This document shows, piece by piece, positions 1 through 9,123 of a DNA stretch of 44,308 bases. Location: positions 1 through 44,308 of the forward strand of contig CANRBE010000003.1 in assembly GCA_947628785.1 (NCBI GenBank), given 5' to 3'. Both the position numbers and the translations under genes were made by a program. The stretch's first letter is position 1; every line of letters begins with the position of its first letter. The stretch is from an uncultured Bacilli bacterium (lineage in GTDB: Bacteria > Bacillota_I > Bacilli_A > RF39 > UBA660). The notes under the pieces were generated by a model. It was not told the origin of the DNA. It searched no databases and was given only the letters and a program-made list of their open reading frames with translations.

Positions 1-85
1 TATCTTCTAAAAACGGCATTAAATCTAGTAAAGAAAAAAATCCGTTAAAAAGCGGACTTTAGTCTAAAAATTTACGTACTTGACA

Positions 86-622
86 TTAATAGACACTAGT
101 TAAAAACATATTTAATAAAAAGCCTATCATGATTAATAATATACTTATAACAATTATTATTTTATTTACTTTTTGTTTTTTCAAAAGATATTTTTTTAAA
201 TAATATGTCAAATAAATGAATATGACTGTAAAACCAATGTTATAGATAGTATCTCCATAAAATATTTTATCATTTATATATAAAACATTATTAACATCAT
301 AAATAGTTAATCTAATACTTTTGATAATTAAGCCAATACTTAATAATATACACAAAAACCTAAATCCTTGGATAAAATCATTATTTTTATTTATTTTTTC
401 TTTAAAAAAGAAATATAGTAATAATAAAATCCAAATAAAATAATAAAATAAAATGTTAATTAAATCATAACTAAATTGTAAACTTGAATATATTTCAGTA
501 AAAAACCAATTATGCCTATAAGTTATAATCAAAGTATCAACAAAACAATAAGTATTATATATAGTAACTATTCCTAATAATATCAAAACCAATATTTTAA
601 TTATTTTTTTTATTTTATCCAT
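86..622 (-). CDS. Hypothetical multi-pass membrane protein
   Basis: 178 aa ORF with about five hydrophobic segments; no recognised motif. Confidence 0.6.
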   Translation of the reverse strand: MDKIKKIIKILVLILLGIVTIYNTYCFVDTLIITYRHNWFFTEIYSSLQFSYDLINILFYYFIWILLLLYFFFKEKINKNNDFIQGFRFLCILLSIGLIIKSIRLTIYDVNNVLYINDKIFYGDTIYNIGFTVIFIYLTYYLKKYLLKKQKVNKIIIVISILLIMIGFLLNMFLTSVY

Positions 623-698
623 AACATCGCCATTTTAATTATATCAAATTTATCTAAAATATTACAAATATGATATAATTATTAAAATAGGAGTAGTT

Positions 699-1507
699 AT
701 GAATAAACAAAATATTTCATCATATTATGATGGTTCTTTAATAAGAATATTTTTAACCAAAATAGATGCTTTTTTATTACTCTAGTTACTTTGGGAATTG
801 CTAAACCATGGGCTGATTGTTTAATCTTAAGAAAAAGACTTGAACATACAGTATTAAACGGCAAAAGATTAAAATTTGAAGGTACTGGAATGGAGTTATT
901 TATAGAAAGACTTAAATGGATATTTTTTACAATTATCACATTTACTCTTTATGGTTTTACAGTTCCAGTAAGAAGAAAAAGATGGATTTTGGCCCATATC
1001 CATTTTGAAGAAGAAGAACTTAGTAATAGTTATTATGATGGCAAAATAGGCGAATCTATTATTTTAAATTTAATACTAAATACCATGAATATTTTATCAC
1101 TAGGTATTTTATATCCTTTTACCAAATGCGTAAAATTAAAACATTTAGCTAATCATTCTATTATAAACAATCAAAAAATTGTCTTTAATGGACGAGCTTA
1201 TGATTTACTACTACATTATATTTTACATTTTATATTAATTATCATAACATTAGGTATATACATTTTCTGGCTTGGTATTAGTCATACTAAATGGGAAGTA
1301 AAAAACTCACATATTGAAGTAAAAGGTCTATATGAAAACAAAAAAATTTCTATTCTAAATATACCTTTTATTATCATCATCATTATATTTGGTATTTATA
1401 TTATTAGTAAAACAATTATTCCTTTTTTAAATAAAACGATTGATAATAAATACTTGTTTTGGAAAAACCCTAGTATCATAATTCAAAATATAAAATTTGA
1501 TTTTTAA
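699..1507 (+). pseudogene. YjgN/DUF898-like membrane protein with a frameshift in a T6 tract (770-775)
   Basis: SD AGGAG and ATG at 699 give MNKQNISSYYDGSL, which stops at TAG 783-785. One extra T joins it to the 791..1507 frame (FFITLVTLGIAKPW), matching the internal repeats SYYDG / LSLGILYPF / ITLGIYIFW. Confidence 0.65.
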
Positions 1508-1564
1508 GACATTTACTTTTATAAAACAACATGTTATAATTGATATGATAGAGAGGATGTGCTT

Positions 1565-2578
1565 ATGAAAAAAATATTAAAAAAACTAGGTGGGACTATT
1601 TTAGTAGGTATTAGTTTATTTACTATTACTAGTAAAGTAAGTGCTAAAACATTAACACTTGATGAAGTATCAACAGCTTTCAACAAAACTAAGTTTGTAG
1701 AAACTTTTAAAGAACTTGGCATTAATTTAAGTTCTAAAGTTGATCAAGATAAAATTGATATTTATATCGACGATACTAAAAAGCTTTCTATAAATCATGA
1801 ATCTGACTATTTGGAATTTGATAATCATGATACTGTTTTAACCAAAGAAAATTATGAAGAAAAAACCCAAGATGAATTAATAAAAGCTTTAGCTGTCGAT
1901 GGTATTATGGAAGCAATTATAACAGCTAGTGGACATACTGATAAGTTTATAGATGGAGATAGTGATTACTCTAATACCTTTGATAATTACGGTTTACAAT
2001 TAGAACTTCAAAATCTTAGTATTGAGGAAACAGAAAATGATAGTCATTTTAAATTAGATTTAAGTTATTTAAAATATTTTAAAATGTCACTTGATACTAC
2101 TAAAATAGATGCTTTAATTGAAAAATATGGAATTGAATTTAGTTTGGAAAATGCAAATAAGGAACTAATTAATAATTTAACACCTACTTTAGAAGCTAAA
2201 AATATCACCGAGGATTCTATCACATTATATCCACTTGTTCAATACGATATCAATGAAAATAGATATCAACTTTTATGTAATATCTATCGTTCAAATAGTA
2301 AAAATGGAACCTATGAAAAAATAACTAAAGAAGCAGTTAACTGTACTGATAGTGTTGGTTATGTCGATAAAAACTTAAAAAGTAATACAACTTATTTTTA
2401 CAAAGCTTCATTAGTTGATGGTACTAAATATAGTGATATTTTAGAAGTTAAAACTAAAGCACCTATTACTAAAAATCCTAAAACTAATTTATCATTTCCA
2501 ATAATTACCATTATTTTAGCGATTATAAGTGGTAGCATAGTTTTAATAAGTATGAAAAAAATTAAACATACAATTTAG
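1565..2578 (+). CDS. Secreted surface protein with an FN3-like domain and C-terminal NPKTN-TM-basic tail sorting signal
   Basis: Signal peptide ending VSA-K; FN3-like IYRS..NGTY..YVDKNLKSNTTYFYK; NPKTN, then hydrophobic helix and KKIKH. Confidence 0.7.
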   Translation: MKKILKKLGGTILVGISLFTITSKVSAKTLTLDEVSTAFNKTKFVETFKELGINLSSKVDQDKIDIYIDDTKKLSINHESDYLEFDNHDTVLTKENYEEKTQDELIKALAVDGIMEAIITASGHTDKFIDGDSDYSNTFDNYGLQLELQNLSIEETENDSHFKLDLSYLKYFKMSLDTTKIDALIEKYGIEFSLENANKELINNLTPTLEAKNITEDSITLYPLVQYDINENRYQLLCNIYRSNSKNGTYEKITKEAVNCTDSVGYVDKNLKSNTTYFYKASLVDGTKYSDILEVKTKAPITKNPKTNLSFPIITIILAIISGSIVLISMKKIKHTI

Positions 2579-2585
2579 ATACAGT

Positions 2586-3563
2586 TTAAGCTGTATCTTT
2601 TTTTAAAGTCAAAATAAGTTTTTTTAAATTTTCTTTATCTTCTATTTTAAATACTTCTTTTTTAAAATTAGCGGTATTTGGTATTCCTTTTAAATACCAA
2701 GCTATATGACTTCGCATCTCTAATATAGCTATTTTATCATTTTTATATTTAAGTAAATAGTCTAAATGTTTTAACATCATATCACATTTATCTTGATTTG
2801 TTACTTTAGTAGGTTCTTTTTTTTCTTCTAAATAATCAACACATTCTTTAATAAGCCAAGGATTACCTAAACATGCTCTACCTATCATTATGGCATCACA
2901 ATTAGTTTCTTCTAACATTTTTAAAGCATCATAACAACTTTTAATATCACCATTACCAATTACTGGTATAGATACTTCTTCTTTTACTTGTTTTATAATA
3001 TTCCAATCAGAACTTCCTTGATATCCTTGTGACCTTGTTCTTGGATGAACCGTTATTGCTTTAGCCCCAGCTTGTTCGATTATTTTAGCTACTTCTAAAG
3101 CATTAATTGACTCTTTATCCCAACCACTTCTTATTTTGACCGTTACAGGAACATCGACACTTTTAACTACCTGACTGACAATTGAATATATTTTATCAGG
3201 ATGTTTTAAAAGACCACTTCCCGCTTCTGATTTTAAAGCTACTTTAGGAACAGGACAACCCATATTTATATCTATAAAAGATACTTTATATAAACTAGTC
3301 AATATTTTAGCTGCTTTACTCATAGTTTCAGGATTTGAACCAAATATTTGAATACCAACTGGAATATTTATATCATCAATTCCTTTTAACATATCAAAAG
3401 TCTTTTGGTTATTTCTAACTATAGCTTCAGCACTTATTAGTTCTGTTATTGCAAAACCTACTTTCATCTCTTCACATATTTTCATATAAGAAGGATTTGA
3501 TATCCCTGCCATCGGAGCTAGTCCAACCTTATTTTTTATATCTATATTTCCAATATTCCACAT
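2586..3563 (-). CDS. dusB: tRNA-dihydrouridine synthase DusB
   Basis: LAPMAG, DINMGCPVPKV, TVKIRSGW, VHPRT, IGNGDI, MIGRA motifs. Confidence 0.95.
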   Translation of the reverse strand: MWNIGNIDIKNKVGLAPMAGISNPSYMKICEEMKVGFAITELISAEAIVRNNQKTFDMLKGIDDINIPVGIQIFGSNPETMSKAAKILTSLYKVSFIDINMGCPVPKVALKSEAGSGLLKHPDKIYSIVSQVVKSVDVPVTVKIRSGWDKESINALEVAKIIEQAGAKAITVHPRTRSQGYQGSSDWNIIKQVKEEVSIPVIGNGDIKSCYDALKMLEETNCDAIMIGRACLGNPWLIKECVDYLEEKKEPTKVTNQDKCDMMLKHLDYLLKYKNDKIAILEMRSHIAWYLKGIPNTANFKKEVFKIEDKENLKKLILTLKKDTA

Positions 3564-3623
3564 AGTTTTCTCCTTTTCTATAATATTTTTTAACTTTTTT
3601 TAAAAAGAAAAATCCCTAAGGAT

Positions 3624-4337
3624 TTATATCTCAACATTGTGATAAATATTTTGAACATCTTCTATTTCATCTAGCATTGTATTCATTCTTTTAAATATTT
3701 CTAAATCTTCTCCTGTTAAAGTTATTTTTTCTTTAGGTATCATAACTATTTCATCGATTTCAAAAGAAACATCTTTTATATTACTAATAGCTTCTTTTAT
3801 TTTAAATAAATCGTTAGGTTTACCATAAACAATAGTTAAATCATCACTTGTTTCAATATCTATAATATCAACATCTTGTTCGATTAACTCATTTAAAACT
3901 TCTTCTTCAGTAATACCTTTAAAACCTACTACACATAAATGGTCATATTGAAAAGATACGCTTCCGATTGCTCCCATTTTAGTATGACATTTATTTAAAA
4001 CTGCTTTGATAGCACTTACTGTTCTATTGACATTATCTGTTAAACATTCAACAATAAAAGTAGATCCTCCAGGACCAAATAATTCATATCTTGCTTCTTG
4101 GTATGTTTCATCTACTCCACTATTTACTTTATCTATAGCTCTATTGATTATATCTGATGGAACTTGTTCCTTTTTAGCTCTTTCAATTAGTCTTTTTAAT
4201 GCCGCATTACTATTTGGATCAGTCCCAAATTTTTTAGCTGCTTGATATATTTCTCTTGCATACATTGAATATAGTTTAGCTTTAGCTGCTCCCGTTTTTT
4301 GAATACTTGCTTTTCTTACTTCATAAGCTCTTCCCAT
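3624..4337 (-). CDS. yebC: YebC/PmpR family protein
   Basis: MGRAYEVRK start, YELFGPGG, LTDNVNRT, EDVQNIYHN. Confidence 0.93.
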   Translation of the reverse strand: MGRAYEVRKASIQKTGAAKAKLYSMYAREIYQAAKKFGTDPNSNAALKRLIERAKKEQVPSDIINRAIDKVNSGVDETYQEARYELFGPGGSTFIVECLTDNVNRTVSAIKAVLNKCHTKMGAIGSVSFQYDHLCVVGFKGITEEEVLNELIEQDVDIIDIETSDDLTIVYGKPNDLFKIKEAISNIKDVSFEIDEIVMIPKEKITLTGEDLEIFKRMNTMLDEIEDVQNIYHNVEI

Positions 4338-4406
4338 AATCTCACTCCTTGTATCAATTATATGTCATTTTTTTCATTTTAGCAAGTTATTTAAAAAAAA
4401 GACTTA

Positions 4407-4757
4407 CTAGTCTTTAGGTTTAAATACAAGTGAAAGGAAAAAAGATATAATTATAGCCGCTACTATTCCAGCAGCAGTTAAATCAAACATACCAAGAAAA
4501 AGACCTAATAAACCATCATTCTTAGCTTTAGTCAAAGCTCCATGAACTAGAGAATGTCCAAAACTTGTAATTGGTACACTAGCTCCACCACCAGCCCAAA
4601 GTAATATTTTATCATACCAACCAAAGGTATCTAAGAAAGCACCTAATATAACAAATAAAGTTGTTATATGACCAGCTGTTAGTTTAGAATGGTCCATTAT
4701 AATTTGTCCAAGTAAACAAACAATACCACAAAAGATAAATGAATTAAGATAAATCAT
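4407..4757 (-). CDS. spoVAE: Stage V sporulation protein AE (SpoVAEb)
   Basis: GGGASVPITSFGHSL motif; last gene of the spoVA cluster. Confidence 0.9.
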   Translation of the reverse strand: MIYLNSFIFCGIVCLLGQIIMDHSKLTAGHITTLFVILGAFLDTFGWYDKILLWAGGGASVPITSFGHSLVHGALTKAKNDGLLGLFLGMFDLTAAGIVAAIIISFFLSLVFKPKD

Positions 4758-5742
4758 CTAATACCTCCAATCCAATTGCATGCGCAATAGCTGGTATAGC
4801 ATGTTTTTCATTAACCATCGTAGGACTCATTAAAGCTCCTGTTGCGACTAACAAAATTCTTTTTAGTTTTTTCTTTTTCATTAAAGGAATTAAATATGAA
4901 TAAGTAACTAAAGGTGCACATGCGGGACCACTTCCTCCAGCATATACTGGTTGATTGTCTAAATCATAAATCATACTAGCTGTATCATTATATTTTTTTA
5001 AAGATAAACCATATTCTTTTTTGATATATTCTTTTAAAATATCTTTACCATATCTTCCTAAATCCCCACTATATATAGCATCATAATAATCAATACTTCG
5101 TCCTGTATTTTTTAAATGTTTATAAATAGTATCAGCACATGCTGGTGCCATTACAGCTCCCATGTGATACACATCTTTAATACCTAAATTTTTAACTGTA
5201 CCAATAGTAGCACTTTCTATTTTAACTCCTTTTTTTTCACTACTAATTAAACAACTAGCCCCACCTGTTACCGTAAAGGTTGTTGTTTTTCTTTTAGGTC
5301 CCCCATATTCAACAGGATATCTAAATTGTTTTTCAGCTCCATTATTATGTGATGTAACAGTCACTATTCCGTTTTTTACTTGTTTAGATTCAACCATATT
5401 AGCTATTAAAAGCATTCCTAAAGTACTAGTAGCACAAGCATTATATATCCCAATAAAAGGTATTTGTAAGGTATCAGCTGCATAATTAGAAGCAACTAAT
5501 TGATTAAGTAAATCTCCACCTAAAAGTAAGTCAATATCGGATTCTTTTTTGTTTTCTTTTTTTAGTAATAATTTAACTCCATCTACAAAAAGTTTAGCTT
5601 CTGCATCTTCCCAAGACTTAGTTCCAAAGTAAAAATCTGGATATGATAAATCAAAGTACTTACCAAGTGGTCCTTTTTTTTCATATGGTCCAACTATAGT
5701 ACTGGTATTATTTAAATAAACATTTTGATAGTTAAATGTCAT
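4744..5742 (-). CDS. spoVAD: Stage V sporulation protein AD
   Basis: GGDLLNQL, AEKQFRYPVEYG, MGAVMAPA, GGSGPAC, ATGALMSP. Confidence 0.95.
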   Translation of the reverse strand: MTFNYQNVYLNNTSTIVGPYEKKGPLGKYFDLSYPDFYFGTKSWEDAEAKLFVDGVKLLLKKENKKESDIDLLLGGDLLNQLVASNYAADTLQIPFIGIYNACATSTLGMLLIANMVESKQVKNGIVTVTSHNNGAEKQFRYPVEYGGPKRKTTTFTVTGGASCLISSEKKGVKIESATIGTVKNLGIKDVYHMGAVMAPACADTIYKHLKNTGRSIDYYDAIYSGDLGRYGKDILKEYIKKEYGLSLKKYNDTASMIYDLDNQPVYAGGSGPACAPLVTYSYLIPLMKKKKLKRILLVATGALMSPTMVNEKHAIPAIAHAIGLEVLDDLS

Positions 5743-6185
5743 ATATTACCTCCAAATAGTATGTATCTAAGTATCCCAAAAACATAAGCACTAACTACTC
5801 CAAAGATAATAACAGAACCAGTAAGTTTTAACATACTAGCTCCAATACCAGTTACCATACCTTCTTTTTTATAATCTAATGCGGCACTCATCATTGCATG
5901 GGCAAAACCAGTAATTGGAATGAATAAACCAGCCTTACAAAAATTTACCCAGTTATCAAAGAAACCTAAACATGTAAATAGACATCCAAGAAATATTAAA
6001 GTTATAATCATAAATGATGTTGCTTCACTTGCTGTTACGTTTAACATTCTTTCATAAAAGGTAATTAAACCTTGTCCAATCATCCCCATAATACCACCAG
6101 ATATGAAAGCTATAAAACCATTTTTTATTGAGTCTTCCCTAGGGGTATGTTTTTTTACAATTTCAGCATATTTTTTTTGTTCCAC
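5739..6185 (-). CDS. spoVAC: Stage V sporulation protein AC
   Basis: AFISGG, AGLFIPITGFAHAM, EGMVTGIG; GTG start after AAGGTGA. Confidence 0.93.
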   Translation of the reverse strand: MEQKKYAEIVKKHTPREDSIKNGFIAFISGGIMGMIGQGLITFYERMLNVTASEATSFMIITLIFLGCLFTCLGFFDNWVNFCKAGLFIPITGFAHAMMSAALDYKKEGMVTGIGASMLKLTGSVIIFGVVSAYVFGILRYILFGGNI

Positions 6186-6202
6186 TTTATCACCTTCATA
6201 GT

Positions 6203-6231
6203 TATTATGAAGTTTTTTTTAACTTTTATAC
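6203..6231 (-). promoter_or_regulatory. SigmaG-type promoter of the spoVA operon
   Basis: Minus strand GTATA-17 nt-CATAATA directly upstream of spoVAC; spoVA is sigmaG-dependent in B. subtilis. Confidence 0.7.
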
Positions 6232-6373
6232 AAATTAAAGATTTTGTTTTTAATTTTAGAACTTATCATAAAATTTATTTGAAATTTTTGATTTAAATTT
6301 TAATCACACAAAAATATCCCTAAGTAAAACTAGGGGTTTTATTCTTACAAAAAAACATATCATTTAGATATGC

Positions 6374-6658
6374 TCATAAAAATAAACTTGTTTTTATTTT
6401 TTGTAACTGTTTTATTGGGACACTTGTTACTTTAGATATCAAAGATATATCAATTCCATTTTTAAACATGTTCTCAATTAAATTTTTTTCTTTTCTAGCT
6501 TCTCCTCTTTCTTCACCTATTTCAATTCCACGGGCTTCTCCCTTGGCTTCACCAACTCTTATTCCTTCTTTTTTAGCATTTTCTTTTTCGGCTTCATTGA
6601 TACTTTTATTTAAAACTTCGGCATCCCAATCATTTAATAATACTTCATCACTTTGCAT
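6374..6658 (-). CDS. Putative internally initiated RpnS (94 aa C-terminal product)
   Basis: AAGGAGG (6673-6667), 8 nt spacer, in-frame ATG at 6658 (Met217). Confidence 0.65.
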   Translation of the reverse strand: MQSDEVLLNDWDAEVLNKSINEAEKENAKKEGIRVGEAKGEARGIEIGEERGEARKEKNLIENMFKNGIDISLISKVTSVPIKQLQKIKTSLFL

Positions 6659-7306
6659 TTTTTCTTCCTCCTTCATAAAATATTTTGTATCTTCTATTTC
6701 AAAGATGTTTTTTAAAAATTTTTCCATTTCTTCATATGATTTACTATTTATGATTATATTCCAAGCGTTTTCTTTACTCTTATTATATCCTGTTTTATCC
6801 ATTTTGCCAAGGTTTACTGTTACTATTTCATAGTTTTCCGCTATTAACTCTTTAGTCTCTAAATCACATATCCTAGCATTTCTTTTATCTGGTTCATCAA
6901 TAGTTGGACAAACATTTAAGTTTAGTTGATATAAATGATGTTTGTTTATTTCACTCAAATTTTCTCCTGGTTTTATAAAAGTATTATATATCTTGTTGGC
7001 ATACATGATATTCCTTAATTTAACTGTATTATAATTACAATTATTTAATTCTAAGGATACATGTTCAGTACCATTTATTAAAGCATATATATCCAATACT
7101 TTCCTTCTTTCAAAAACATTATCAATAAATTGTTCTGAGTTTTTAATTTCGAAAGTTTTTATTTCAAAATTAAAATGAAGATAATCAACTATTAGTTGTT
7201 TTAAGAATTTCGGATTTTTTAAAAACATACATTTAAATGCCTTATCATAATACAAAGGCACTTTAATGTAATCAGAAGCATTATTTTGTTCTTTTTTTAT
7301 TTTCAT
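6374..7306 (-). CDS. Rpn family PD-(D/E)XK recombination-promoting nuclease / putative transposase
   Basis: N-terminal DKAFKCMF, LDI...LELN core, C-terminal G-x-x-x-G repeats (GEAKGEARGIEIGEERG) and a short helical tail. Confidence 0.85.
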   Translation of the reverse strand: MKIKKEQNNASDYIKVPLYYDKAFKCMFLKNPKFLKQLIVDYLHFNFEIKTFEIKNSEQFIDNVFERRKVLDIYALINGTEHVSLELNNCNYNTVKLRNIMYANKIYNTFIKPGENLSEINKHHLYQLNLNVCPTIDEPDKRNARICDLETKELIAENYEIVTVNLGKMDKTGYNKSKENAWNIIINSKSYEEMEKFLKNIFEIEDTKYFMKEEEKMQSDEVLLNDWDAEVLNKSINEAEKENAKKEGIRVGEAKGEARGIEIGEERGEARKEKNLIENMFKNGIDISLISKVTSVPIKQLQKIKTSLFL

Positions 7307-7549
7307 GATTTCACCTCAAGGTCATAATAATATATTTTGTACCATAAATCAAATCGTTATTTTTTGAAAATAAAACTTCAAAATTAAAAAAATTAAACAT
7401 TTTTCTAATTTGTTTAATCTTTTTTTTAATTTATCTTATCAATTTTTAATTTTAACTAAATTTTATTTTTTTTAATTTTAATTAACTTTACATATTATGT
7501 ATACTTAGAGCCATGACTTTCATTGTTTTAAAGTGTTAAGACATAAGTT

Positions 7550-8056
7550 TTATTTCATCTCTTGTTTTTCCATCAGATATTTTTTATAAAAATCATAATC
7601 CAAATCATTAAAACAAACCAAGTAAATTTTTTCAAACCTATCTTGATACTCTAAAGAAGTATCAATAGCAATACTTCCTCCTACATCAGTTGGTACCTTG
7701 TATACTCCCATACCCAGGCAAGGAAAAGCTATTGTTTTAATATTATTTTCTAAAGCTAACTCAAAAGAATTAACATAACAATTTTTAAGTAATTCACATC
7801 TATTTTCTTCTCCTTTATACCAAATAGGAGCAACTGTATGAATTATATACTTAGCTTTCAAATTAAATCCCGGTGTTATTTTAGCTTCTCCAGTTAAACA
7901 TCCATTTAACTTAAGACAATATTTATATAATTCTTTCCCAGCTTTTCTATGAATAGCTCCGTCTACTCCTCCTCCACCAAGTAAAGATTTATTGGCAGCA
8001 TTGACAATAGCATCCACTTCTAAGTTAGTTATATCTTCTTTTATTATTTCTATCAT
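7550..8056 (-). CDS. Macro domain protein (O-acetyl-ADP-ribose deacetylase-like)
   Basis: DIT, VNAAN, GGGGVDGAIH, IIHTVAP, AFPCLGMGVY. Confidence 0.92.
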   Translation of the reverse strand: MIEIIKEDITNLEVDAIVNAANKSLLGGGGVDGAIHRKAGKELYKYCLKLNGCLTGEAKITPGFNLKAKYIIHTVAPIWYKGEENRCELLKNCYVNSFELALENNIKTIAFPCLGMGVYKVPTDVGGSIAIDTSLEYQDRFEKIYLVCFNDLDYDFYKKYLMEKQEMK

Positions 8057-8067
8057 TTTATCACCCT

Positions 8068-8487
8068 TTATAACAAATTATTACTTTTTAAAAAAGATTT
8101 TATTGAATTAAAATTATTATTAACTTCATATAATCTAATTGTTTGATTGTTTTTAAGTTTTATAACAATTATAGAATCAGCTTCAAAACCAGAATAGTAT
8201 TTACATTTTTGAATTTCATCAATAGAATAATTATATTTTTTACCAAATATATTTTGATAAATTAGTTTTTTTCTATCAATATAAAAAGATAAATTTCTTA
8301 TTTTCAAAATATAATAAATAAATATAGGTAAAAAAACTAAAGTTGAAATTAAAATTTCAAAAACACCATTAATAACTGACAATAATAACAAATAAAACAA
8401 TATAAAAACAATTAACATTATTTTATTAAACAAATTTTTAGCATTATATCTTACCCCATTTAAAACATTATCCATCTTAATCACCAA
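8068..8487 (-). CDS. Hypothetical membrane protein (2 TM plus PH-like soluble domain)
   Basis: Two N-terminal hydrophobic helices, then a YQNIFGKK..YSIDEI beta-rich segment. Confidence 0.55.
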   Translation of the reverse strand: MVIKMDNVLNGVRYNAKNLFNKIMLIVFILFYLLLLSVINGVFEILISTLVFLPIFIYYILKIRNLSFYIDRKKLIYQNIFGKKYNYSIDEIQKCKYYSGFEADSIIVIKLKNNQTIRLYEVNNNFNSIKSFLKSNNLL

Positions 8488-8523
8488 CTTAATTATAACA
8501 TAAAAAAATAGAAAGTTTTCTTT

Positions 8524-9111
8524 CTATTTAGTTTTTTGATATGTAAAATTATTGGTGTTAATATTATCTTGTAATGCTTGAAGTTCTTCTTTGGTATAAC
8601 TATCTTGCATTGCATATACTGGTACCTCTTGAAGTAAAGTCTTAGTTTTTCTTTCATCAACATATAAAGTACCAGCAATAATACTTGTTTCATGATTCCA
8701 ACTTAAATAACAATCATTTTCATTTAAAACATTTTGATAGTAATACATTTTAGTTTCTTCTCCATCTAATGTAGCATATCTTTTAGCAATTATTTTTATA
8801 TCTTTTTCATCATCACCAACATTAATTACAAAAAGTTCATTAGATGGAATAGAAGTAACTTCTTCTTTTTTATCCAATTGTTTTTTTAATTTAACATTAG
8901 TATCTCTTAAAACTTTGTTGTCACTACTTAATTTTTGATTTTTAGCAATTAATTTTTTTATCTCTTTGCTTAAATCATCATTGTCATCCTTTAAATTTTC
9001 TAGACGTGGAATATTTTCTAAATTAGCTAAACCATAGCCAATAAATTCTCCACTTAAACCAGCTAAAAAAATGTATGTGTAAATTAGTAATGTCCTTTTT
9101 TTAATAGTCAT
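8524..9111 (-). CDS. Hypothetical membrane-anchored coiled-coil protein
   Basis: N-terminal TM followed by heptad L..EN..L..DN pattern; GGGGAA SD. Confidence 0.6.
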   Translation of the reverse strand: MTIKKRTLLIYTYIFLAGLSGEFIGYGLANLENIPRLENLKDDNDDLSKEIKKLIAKNQKLSSDNKVLRDTNVKLKKQLDKKEEVTSIPSNELFVINVGDDEKDIKIIAKRYATLDGEETKMYYYQNVLNENDCYLSWNHETSIIAGTLYVDERKTKTLLQEVPVYAMQDSYTKEELQALQDNINTNNFTYQKTK

Positions 9112-9123
9112 ATTATTCCCCCC

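Noticed and set aside
78-87. TACTTGACAT matching part of the putative ISL3 end
   Set aside because: Only 10 nt and lacks the GG(C/T)TCT terminus; chance match likely
7478-7505. dif-like site (TTATGTATACT resembles the Bacillota XerD arm)
   Set aside because: The XerC-side arm does not match; likely an AT-rich palindrome
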